From assembly GCA_020353515.1 (NCBI GenBank), contig CP070695.1, positions 928,299 through 992,298 of the forward strand: a stretch of DNA of 64,000 nt. The letters are read 5' to 3'. The notes beneath the pieces are model-generated. The model saw nothing but the letters and a program-made list of their open reading frames with translations, ran no database searches and was not told where the DNA came from. The translations under genes were made by a program, and so were the position numbers. This document shows, one piece after another, positions 25,196-33,107 of this stretch; the stretch's first letter is position 1, and each line of letters starts with the position of its first letter. This stretch comes from Candidatus Heimdallarchaeota archaeon (lineage in GTDB: Archaea > Asgardarchaeota > Heimdallarchaeia > Hodarchaeales > Hodarchaeaceae).

Positions 25196-25570
25196 ATGTA
25201 TCCTAAATCACTAATTAATCTAGTGGCCACAGTGTTTGAAACTATAGGTTTTGTTACACATCATCCTATGCAGATGCTTAAACATCCCCTAGCGGATTCA
25301 ATGTTATCTTACGTACTAACACGACCAGATTCAAGATCAGAGTATATCGGAGTGATAGTTCGGGATTGGAAGCGAATTGTGGGTTTAGGCCAAATTCATA
25401 AGACAATGGAACTTCTCCAAGTCTGCCCTAAACTTAATCAGGTGATTATCGTCTCTTCTATGGGATTCTCGTCTGAAGCTAAGCATATTGCTGAAAAAAG
25501 AGAGAATATTAACCTTATTTCGAAAAGAGAATTGATTTCTTTAATGCTAAAGCAACTTGAAATTTTATAA
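25196..25570 (+). CDS. Small stand-alone restriction-endonuclease-fold (Mrr_cat-like) protein, tandem paralog B
   Basis: It has the same blocks as paralog A: VFETIGFVT, HPLADS, EYIGVIVRDWKR, IIVSSMGFS and LISKRELISL. The two are clearly paralogous by eye. Confidence 0.55.
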   Translation: MYPKSLINLVATVFETIGFVTHHPMQMLKHPLADSMLSYVLTRPDSRSEYIGVIVRDWKRIVGLGQIHKTMELLQVCPKLNQVIIVSSMGFSSEAKHIAEKRENINLISKRELISLMLKQLEIL

Positions 25571-26905
25571 GTCAGTTTTTGAGATGGGGGGTGATATTTC
25601 TTCAATTACTTCTTGGGTTTCTTGAATATGTTTACTTGAATGAACAAACGAAAGTGCTCCAATACCATGCATCCCACTGATGTGTCTATTCAATAATGCT
25701 AATTGGAGTAGGGCCTCCCGTTTTTTATCAGTCAATTGAACTATTTCATTTGGATTTAGATTTTCAATATACTTTTTTAATACATGGAGAGTAAGGAAGG
25801 ATTTAAAACCAGTAGCTACAAAACCAAGCTCTCGTTCAGTAAAGAATGTATTCATTTTAGTCATAAAAGTTGTACCATTTTGATTCGTACGATCATAATC
25901 ACGATTAGACTTTTTCAGAATTTCTAAAGTCTTTAGTCCAGCAGCCATACTAAGTGGATGTGCTGAAAAAGTACCTCCTCCAGTCCAAACTCGATATTTC
26001 GACTGAGGGTTCGCTTGTTCCATAATCTCCTCTCTTCCTCCTACAACTCCTATTGATAAACCGCCACCTACAATTTTACCCATCGTAGTAAGATCTGGAA
26101 TGACTTTTAGTTCATTTTGAAACAATCCGTAAGAAAATCTATATCCAGTGATTATTTCATCAAATATCAATAGGATATTAAGTTTTTCAGTTATTTCTCT
26201 AAGCATCTTTAAGAACTCTAGTTTGACAGGAAATCCTCCTCCACCACCTAGAACAGGTTCTATGATTACTCCTGCTAATTGGTTGGCTTTTTCTTTAATA
26301 AATTCCTCGACTGCTTCATTATTCACATCAAATGAAATAATTCCAGCCTTATCTTCTGGAAGAATCCCAGGGCCTTCTTTCCCAAGAAATGGTGCCTTAA
26401 CGTTATATAAAAGGGTATCTGCATACCCATGCCAACCCATTCTCGCCTTTGCTATCAAAGATCTACCCGTAAACGCTCGAGCTAAACGAGTGGCATACAT
26501 GGTAGCCTCTGTTCCACTAGAACTGAATCGTACTTCTTCGATGCTTGGATTATCATTAACGAGAGTGTCTGCTAGCTCAACTTGTTCTGTGGTTACAGTA
26601 CCAAAATGCCAGCCATGCTTCAATTTATCAATGATAGTCTGATATACATCAGGGTGGTTATGACCAAGAAGCATTGAGTAATGTCCTTGCCAATAGTCAA
26701 TATATTCGTGATCGTCTACATCCATTAAATAAGCATCGTGGCCTGATTTAATAAATACTGGAAAACCACCAATTGATGGAAGGCCTAAATTCCGAATATT
26801 ATGAGAAACTCCCCCTGGAATCCTTTTTATGGATTTATGCCACAATTCACGAGATTGAGGCCTTGTTTGGATAAAATTATTAAGTTCTTCTTTATAAAAA
26901 TTCAT
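25565..26905 (-). CDS. Class III PLP aminotransferase, glutamate-1-semialdehyde 2,1-aminomutase (HemL)-like
   Basis: IPGGVSH, SSSGTEATMYATRLARAFTGR, IFDEIITGYR, and the PLP-lysine context TMGKIVGGGLSIG. Confidence 0.75.
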   Translation of the reverse strand: MNFYKEELNNFIQTRPQSRELWHKSIKRIPGGVSHNIRNLGLPSIGGFPVFIKSGHDAYLMDVDDHEYIDYWQGHYSMLLGHNHPDVYQTIIDKLKHGWHFGTVTTEQVELADTLVNDNPSIEEVRFSSSGTEATMYATRLARAFTGRSLIAKARMGWHGYADTLLYNVKAPFLGKEGPGILPEDKAGIISFDVNNEAVEEFIKEKANQLAGVIIEPVLGGGGGFPVKLEFLKMLREITEKLNILLIFDEIITGYRFSYGLFQNELKVIPDLTTMGKIVGGGLSIGVVGGREEIMEQANPQSKYRVWTGGGTFSAHPLSMAAGLKTLEILKKSNRDYDRTNQNGTTFMTKMNTFFTERELGFVATGFKSFLTLHVLKKYIENLNPNEIVQLTDKKREALLQLALLNRHISGMHGIGALSFVHSSKHIQETQEVIEEISPPISKTDL

Positions 26906-26993
26906 AAAGAACCCTCAAAAATCGGGAGAAAGATACAAATTTTTGAACTTTTACCTTGATAAAAAGAAAGAGAGAAGAAAAAAAAGAAATGCT

Positions 26994-28436
26994 CTATAAT
27001 AGCTTGAAAAACTCTTTTTGTTCAAGTTCCCTAACCTTAGGAAGTAAATTGTAGAACACAATCTGTTCGAGGTCATCTCGAAATGTCCCAAAATCCTCAT
27101 CATCCATGAAAGGATCTTGTAATTTGGATCGAACTTTTAATGCTGGTTCTTCTCCTCTTAAATTCCAAAATATTCGTAATCGATTTTCTGTTAGATAATA
27201 AATAGGATCAGAGAACTCAACGTTTTTACTAACAACGTCAGTAGGCCATCTAGTAAAAATCAAGTACACTCCAATAAATAACAGTAAAGGAATTATGACA
27301 AACCGAGTTATTTCATGTGATAATAAAAGTCTATCAGAAGAACTAGTGAAAGAAATCACTGCTATTAATAACGAGATAACTAAGATTAAAAAACCAAATA
27401 AAACTGCAAACCAATCATTAAATGCACCTTTAGGTTTGAAACTGTGCCAAAAATTAGGAATTTCAAATCGTGGTTTTTGATCTCTTGTCACCGCATTTTT
27501 CTGCTTCAACTTGTTATGAGTCAGTGTTTCAGCGTAATAATGAAAGTTGTCGTATCTAACTTTTTCCAATTGCCATTTATTTTCTTTTTTACGAATATAA
27601 ATGAAGAAAGGTGCCCAATCCATTGCATGGGTAGCATTGGTGAATGCTGGAGGTTCCCATTTCCAGAAAAACAGTGCAACAACCGCTCCTACAAAAAACA
27701 GAATACTAATCCAAGAAATCTTAAGCATGTACTCTAAATTAAGGGTAGTTGAAACGCCATCAACAAACTCTTGACCTACTGGAAGTTCATGCCATGTTTC
27801 TGCACCTGGGTTTAGTTCTTTATCTTGAGAGCCTTTACTAATATAGATCTCCCCTAAAAGCGCCCAAAACACAATTCCAAATATTATAAAGAGCTGTCCA
27901 TTACTAAAGTAGTACCTTCCTTTCGTTAATCCTTTGATTGCCGAATATAATTCTCTAGCTCCTAATAGAAAGAAAATAGCACCAATGAGTACAACGGATA
28001 TTATAGCAGACTGAAATGAGAGGTAAGAGTATACGAGAGTCCCCATCAGCCCAAGTACGAATAAGGGGAGAACTGTCAGCCAGAGAGAAATGAAAAATCG
28101 TTGTTTGGTCCAAACATAGATCCACTGAATGCATCGTTGATCACTTTGCTCGGTACTTTCTAGGACTCTAAAATATGAACCTCCCCAAGCTTTAGATTTG
28201 CGCTCTCCTCGTAATTCAATACCTGATAATTGCATTTCAGGCTTAAACTGTTCAACTAGCGAAATATCTCTTTCTGTAACATCCACGGCATCTAAGGGCA
28301 TCATAAAGCCTTTTCTACGCAATCCAGCTATTTCAATTTGTCTTTTCAGCGATTTAGTCTGCCATTTCTCTTCAACAGTTTCTTCAACTGCAGTTTTCAA
28401 ATCTACAAGCTTACCCTGTAAGACAATTTCTGTCAT
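26994..28436 (-). CDS. Polytopic membrane protein of unknown function (480 aa)
   Basis: A long ORF with multiple hydrophobic helices, for example FFISLWLTVLPLFVLGLMGTLVY, VVLIGAIFFLLGA and FAVLFGFLILVISLLIAVISF. Confidence 0.6.
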   Translation of the reverse strand: MTEIVLQGKLVDLKTAVEETVEEKWQTKSLKRQIEIAGLRRKGFMMPLDAVDVTERDISLVEQFKPEMQLSGIELRGERKSKAWGGSYFRVLESTEQSDQRCIQWIYVWTKQRFFISLWLTVLPLFVLGLMGTLVYSYLSFQSAIISVVLIGAIFFLLGARELYSAIKGLTKGRYYFSNGQLFIIFGIVFWALLGEIYISKGSQDKELNPGAETWHELPVGQEFVDGVSTTLNLEYMLKISWISILFFVGAVVALFFWKWEPPAFTNATHAMDWAPFFIYIRKKENKWQLEKVRYDNFHYYAETLTHNKLKQKNAVTRDQKPRFEIPNFWHSFKPKGAFNDWFAVLFGFLILVISLLIAVISFTSSSDRLLLSHEITRFVIIPLLLFIGVYLIFTRWPTDVVSKNVEFSDPIYYLTENRLRIFWNLRGEEPALKVRSKLQDPFMDDEDFGTFRDDLEQIVFYNLLPKVRELEQKEFFKLL

Positions 28437-28464
28437 ATTTCCACCGACAATATAAATTGAATAA

Positions 28465-28498
28465 TCAATACACGTTTTATAATAGATACATGTATTGA
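28465..28498. promoter_or_regulatory. Imperfect inverted repeat TCAATACACG-N14-CATGTATTGA (9 of 10 positions complementary) in a divergent intergenic region; candidate operator
   Basis: The left arm is 28465-28474 and the right arm is 28489-28498. It lies between the membrane-protein start (28436, minus) and the amidohydrolase start (28679, plus). Confidence 0.3.
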
Positions 28499-28678
28499 CT
28501 ATAGCTTTAAAAATTTGTTTTTTTTAAATTAGTGATATTGAACTTTTACATTCAAGATTTTCCTTAAGATTTTATCCGTCCTGAAGGTGAGAAATCACTC
28601 TAGATACAATCATCCTCGATGAGTAATGAAATCAAACTTCTTATCTTGGATTTTAGGTTAAAAATTTAGTAATAGTAG

Positions 28679-29974
28679 ATGGTAATTACAATGGATTTGT
28701 TAATACAAGACGTAATGATTATTCCTGAACCTGATACAACACGGATTTTCCGAGCAAACATTGTCATCGAGGACAATATCATAAGTACCATTGCACCTAA
28801 TGCCAAAATACCTGATCCCGAGTTTATATTAAAAGGAAAATCTCTTGTTGCCCTTCCCCCTCCAATCAACAGTCATACTCACCTTCCAATGACCTTATTA
28901 CGAGGATATTCTGATAATAAAACATTAATGGATTGGCTCCAGACCATCTGGGAAATAGAAGGAAAATTCGACGCGAAATGGATTGAATTAGGAACCCGAT
29001 TAGCCTGTCTTGAAATGATGAAAGCTGGAACTGGGGGGGCTGCAGATTTTTATTTCCATGAAAGCAAGATAGGTAATGTATTAGAGGAAGCAGGGATTAG
29101 AGGATGGCTTGGTGCTGGAATCTTACCAAGTGCATTTGTTGATCAGGGAGGGTATGAATTTCAATTAGATGAGTTAAAAAGAGCAATTGAATTGGCAAAA
29201 GGATCTTCTCTCCTCAAAGCATCGATTGCTCCTCACAGTCAAATCACTGTTCCTGAAGAAATTATTCTAAAAGCTGCAGATCTAGCTGAATCTTATCAAA
29301 TCCCTCTTATGATCCATGCTTCCGAAACACGGAAAGAAGTCATGGATTCAGAGGATAAATATGGGGTCCCTCCTGTAGAGAGACTTGATCAGATCGGATT
29401 TTTTAGAGAGGGAACGAAGGAGATCATTGCACATTGTACTTGGATTACCCAAAGAGAAGTTGAAATATTAGGAAAACATCAAGCTACCGTGGGTTGGTGT
29501 CCTGTATCTGCTCAGAAATTAGCTTATGGAGGAGTGACTCCCGTACCTGAACTACGCACTGCAGGCGCTCACGTTGCTCTTGGTACAGATGGTACTGCTT
29601 CCAATAACACCTTAGACTTATGGCGCGAGATGCGAGAAGCTTCTAATGTCATTTCAGCCTCACGATGGGATCCAGCACTATATTCAGCTGAACAGGTGCT
29701 GGAAGATACATGCTGGTCTTTCAGACGAAATTTTCATTCAGAATCCTTAATTAAAGTGGGTAATCAAGCAGATCTTGTTATTTTGAACTTTCAGGCTCCT
29801 CATCTTCAACCATTGCACAATATCATTTCAAACATAGTTTACGCAGCCAATGGAAGTGATGTCCATTCCTTAATAGTGAATGGTAAATTATTAATGAATA
29901 ATCGTCAAATTTCAACTCTGAATGAGACAAAAATCTTAGAGGAAACGGAAGATAAAATCGAAGAGCTTCTTTAG
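28679..29974 (+). CDS. Amidohydrolase-superfamily deaminase, 5-methylthioadenosine/S-adenosylhomocysteine deaminase (MtaD/ATZ-TRZ)-like
   Basis: The metal-binding motif is PPPINSHTHLPMTLLRGYSDNKTLMDWL. Also HASET and GTDGTASNN. The true start is probably the ATG at 28690 (MDLLIQDV). Confidence 0.75.
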   Translation: MVITMDLLIQDVMIIPEPDTTRIFRANIVIEDNIISTIAPNAKIPDPEFILKGKSLVALPPPINSHTHLPMTLLRGYSDNKTLMDWLQTIWEIEGKFDAKWIELGTRLACLEMMKAGTGGAADFYFHESKIGNVLEEAGIRGWLGAGILPSAFVDQGGYEFQLDELKRAIELAKGSSLLKASIAPHSQITVPEEIILKAADLAESYQIPLMIHASETRKEVMDSEDKYGVPPVERLDQIGFFREGTKEIIAHCTWITQREVEILGKHQATVGWCPVSAQKLAYGGVTPVPELRTAGAHVALGTDGTASNNTLDLWREMREASNVISASRWDPALYSAEQVLEDTCWSFRRNFHSESLIKVGNQADLVILNFQAPHLQPLHNIISNIVYAANGSDVHSLIVNGKLLMNNRQISTLNETKILEETEDKIEELL

Positions 29975-30045
29975 TTTCGAAAGAATCAACAATCAATAAT
30001 AAAGAGTTATTAACATGCAACAGTGATTTGAGGAGTTGATCAGAA

Positions 30046-31320
30046 ATGTACAATATGCTCGAGATCAGGTTTGTGGATATTCATGGAACACTGAAAGCAA
30101 TGAATATCCCAATTGATGTCGATAAAATTAGTAATGCAACTACCGATCCAGTCTTCTCGGAAGGAATTAATATTGATGGGAGTTCCGTTGCAGGTTTCAC
30201 TGCTTTAGAGAATTCAGATTTGCACTTACTACCTGTTTCAGATAGCTTATTTGAATTACCTTACACAGATGAACCTAAATTAGCAGTCATGTGTGAAATT
30301 CACCAGGATAGTACCATTTTTGCTGGGGATACCCGCTCACAACTACGAAAAGTGATTGAGAAACACTTAACGAACAAAGGATTATCCCTTAAAGTTGGGC
30401 CAGAACCTGAATTTTACCTATTCAAAGATAATGCCCCTGTAGATCAAGGCCAATATGCAGATATTTTTCCAAATGCTGTTGTTGAAGGGATGGTTAAGCG
30501 ATTCTCTCAATACTTGACAAAAGCCCTAATAGAACCAAAAGTTCACCATCATGAAGTTGGACCAGGTCAGTATGAAATTGAAATCGGTTATGAAGATGCT
30601 CTTCGCATAGCTGACATCATTGTTACTTATAAAGCAACCATTAGAGCACTAGCTGCAAAATCAGGCCATACAGCCACATTTATGCCTAAACCATATGCTC
30701 AATTAGCAGGAAATGGGATGCATTGTCATCTTTCATTATGGGAAGGTTCGAAAAACCTTTTTTCAGATTCAACAAAAAATACGATATCAGCTACAGCAGA
30801 ACATTTTATGGCTGGGATCCTAGAACATGCTCTTGCAATGACAGTGTTGGTAGCACCCACTGTTAATTCCTATAAAAGATTGGTTCCAGGATATGAAGCT
30901 CCTGTTTATGTTGCATGGGGACCCCTTAATCGTAGTACGTTAATCCGTGTTCCAATGATCAATAATCCTAAACTTGCACGATTCGAATATCGTTGTCCTG
31001 ATCCCAGCTGTAATCCTTATCTTGCTCTTATTTCCATTGTTACTGCAGGAATGGATGGAATCAAACGTGAACTCGAACTTCCCCCACCAGTTAAAAGGAA
31101 CATATACAAATTATCAGAAAAGGAAAGAAAAGAATTAAATATCAAAACTCTTCCAGGGAACCTTTTTGAGGCTCTTTCTTATCTTGAGAAAGACAAACTT
31201 ATCTGTGATGCTCTTGGAGAGCATATCTGTGAGAAATTTTTTCAATTAAAGAAAGAAGAATGGCTTCAATATTCAACACAAGTCACTGATTGGGATTGGA
31301 AAAACTATCTTCAAATCTAA
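30046..31320 (+). CDS. Glutamine synthetase family protein (GS type I-like, short form, 424 aa)
   Basis: FMPKPYAQLAGNGMHCHLSLW, NSYKRLVPGYEAPVYVAWGPLNRSTLIRVP, EYRCPDPSCNPYLA. Confidence 0.8.
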   Translation: MYNMLEIRFVDIHGTLKAMNIPIDVDKISNATTDPVFSEGINIDGSSVAGFTALENSDLHLLPVSDSLFELPYTDEPKLAVMCEIHQDSTIFAGDTRSQLRKVIEKHLTNKGLSLKVGPEPEFYLFKDNAPVDQGQYADIFPNAVVEGMVKRFSQYLTKALIEPKVHHHEVGPGQYEIEIGYEDALRIADIIVTYKATIRALAAKSGHTATFMPKPYAQLAGNGMHCHLSLWEGSKNLFSDSTKNTISATAEHFMAGILEHALAMTVLVAPTVNSYKRLVPGYEAPVYVAWGPLNRSTLIRVPMINNPKLARFEYRCPDPSCNPYLALISIVTAGMDGIKRELELPPPVKRNIYKLSEKERKELNIKTLPGNLFEALSYLEKDKLICDALGEHICEKFFQLKKEEWLQYSTQVTDWDWKNYLQI

Positions 31321-31321
31321 A

Positions 31322-32632
31322 TTAACAGTCTAAATAGTGAGATATCTCCCATGGGGTAATTTCTTGTTTTTCAAAACTATATTCGTTAGAAAACTCCATC
31401 CACTCACTCATTCGGGCTTCATAATATTCCTGATGAAGAGCTGATCCAAGTATCTTCTTTGCAAGGGTACTGGCTTTAAATTTCATTAAAGCATCTTTAA
31501 GAGATCTTGGTAATAATTCCACTCCTTTCTCTTCAAGTTGTTTTAAACTTAGAGTATCTGCATCAAAATTTGCTTCTTCAGGGGGTTCGAGGTTCCTTCT
31601 GACTCCCTCCAAACCCGCTTTAAGGAGAAATGCCAAGGTAAAGTAAATATTTGTAGCTGCATCGGCTGCTCGATATTCCAGACGACCAGCTTCGTAACCA
31701 GGTACACGAATAAGAGCAGTACGATTAGCTATCCCCCAAGTCTTATAGACTGGAGCTTCTTTACCAGGAACTAAACGCCTATAGGAATTGATAATAGGAT
31801 TTGTTATTGCAGTGATTTCACCTGCAAAATGTAGTTGACCTGCAATAAAATGAAGAGCAAACTCTGATAATTCATTTCCACTCCCTTTGAACATTTCTTC
31901 ACTTGATGTATTGACAATTTGATGGATATGCATTCCGTTTCCTGCTTCAGTAATGAAGGGTTTGGGCATAAAAGAGATTATCCATTCGCTTTGATTTAGT
32001 GCTACCATTTTAGCAATTTGTTTGAAGTACTGTACACTATCAGCTGCTCGAACAGCAGGTAATGAATCAAATTCGATTTCATGTTGACCTGGTCCAACTT
32101 CTGAATGAAATGTCTTATATGGGATGTCTACTTGTTCTAGTGTTTGTACAATCATTTTCCTTAGGAAATACCCTTTATCTCGAGGAGGGAGAACCATATA
32201 AGTTGCAGAATCCGCAGGTTTAAAATCAGAAGTCAATATGTAAAATTCCATTTCTGGTCTCGCAAAGTACGTTGCTTGAAACTCATCATATAATTCCTTG
32301 CTAGCCTCGGCTAATATACCACGAGGATCAGCAGCTATACGCTCATGAGTTTCATCAGTACTTCGTAAATCACAGAATACGCAAGCTGTATTTTCCTGCC
32401 AAGGTACCAATGTTACAGTTGAAGGATCAGGAACAATAATCATATCTGATTGTTTTGTTCGTAAAAATCCAATACTACTTCCATCGACTCCAACTTGATC
32501 AACTTTAGAAAAAGAACGTTTAGAAATTTCAACTCCTTTCAGATGACCATCGGCTCCCGTGAATTGAAGTAGAAGATATTTCGCTCCTATTTGATCCATC
32601 TTCTGAATAACAGCTTTTCTAATATCAAACAT
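31322..32632 (-). CDS. Glutamine synthetase family protein (second GS-like paralog, 436 aa)
   Basis: FMPKPFITEAGNGMHIHQIV, NSYRRLVPGKEAPVYKTWGIANRTALIRVP, EYRAADAATNIYF. It is convergent with the other GS-like gene, with 1 nt between the stop codons. Confidence 0.8.
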   Translation of the reverse strand: MFDIRKAVIQKMDQIGAKYLLLQFTGADGHLKGVEISKRSFSKVDQVGVDGSSIGFLRTKQSDMIIVPDPSTVTLVPWQENTACVFCDLRSTDETHERIAADPRGILAEASKELYDEFQATYFARPEMEFYILTSDFKPADSATYMVLPPRDKGYFLRKMIVQTLEQVDIPYKTFHSEVGPGQHEIEFDSLPAVRAADSVQYFKQIAKMVALNQSEWIISFMPKPFITEAGNGMHIHQIVNTSSEEMFKGSGNELSEFALHFIAGQLHFAGEITAITNPIINSYRRLVPGKEAPVYKTWGIANRTALIRVPGYEAGRLEYRAADAATNIYFTLAFLLKAGLEGVRRNLEPPEEANFDADTLSLKQLEEKGVELLPRSLKDALMKFKASTLAKKILGSALHQEYYEARMSEWMEFSNEYSFEKQEITPWEISHYLDC

Positions 32633-32644
32633 TATACTAATCTC

Positions 32645-33097
32645 TTAGGTATCAACTTCTTCCTTTTCTAGTAAAAGGCGGGTTATCTTTGTAGCAGAAC
32701 CACCTACAAGACCTCCAAGAAAACCGAATAATCCACAAATGACGCTTGATAGAAAGATGATCATTAAGGAACCTGGGGGTAGAGACGCTCCTAATACATC
32801 TCCTATCGCAGCTAGAAAATAATCTAACGTTTCTAACAATCCTGGTACTGTTAAGATCATTGTTAAAATTGACATAAAGCGGCCAACTAGTGTTCCTAAA
32901 CCAGTAAACAAGCTAGCTCGGGCGGATCCAATAATAATACCTCCTATTACTCCCAATATTAATGGACTTAACCAAAAAGGTAAGAATGAAGCAATAGAGA
33001 TATCTAAGATAAACACACCAATTAGACCAACTACAAATGCGACTGAACGTCGATTGTCTAGAATTGTATATAGATATTTAAAGGAGGTTTCACTCAT
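32645..33097 (-). CDS. Small Gly-rich integral membrane protein (150 aa)
   Basis: There are four hydrophobic segments, for example VVGLIGVFILDISIASFLPFWL and LILGVIGGIIIGS. Gaps to its neighbours are tight (10-12 nt): the acylase gene upstream and the GS-like gene downstream. Confidence 0.55.
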   Translation of the reverse strand: MSETSFKYLYTILDNRRSVAFVVGLIGVFILDISIASFLPFWLSPLILGVIGGIIIGSARASLFTGLGTLVGRFMSILTMILTVPGLLETLDYFLAAIGDVLGASLPPGSLMIIFLSSVICGLFGFLGGLVGGSATKITRLLLEKEEVDT

Positions 33098-33107
33098 TTT
33101 TTTCCCT

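Noticed and set aside
26148-26642. 164-aa plus-strand ORF
   Set aside because: It lies entirely antisense within the HemL-like aminotransferase, which has clear PLP-enzyme motifs. No motif of its own.
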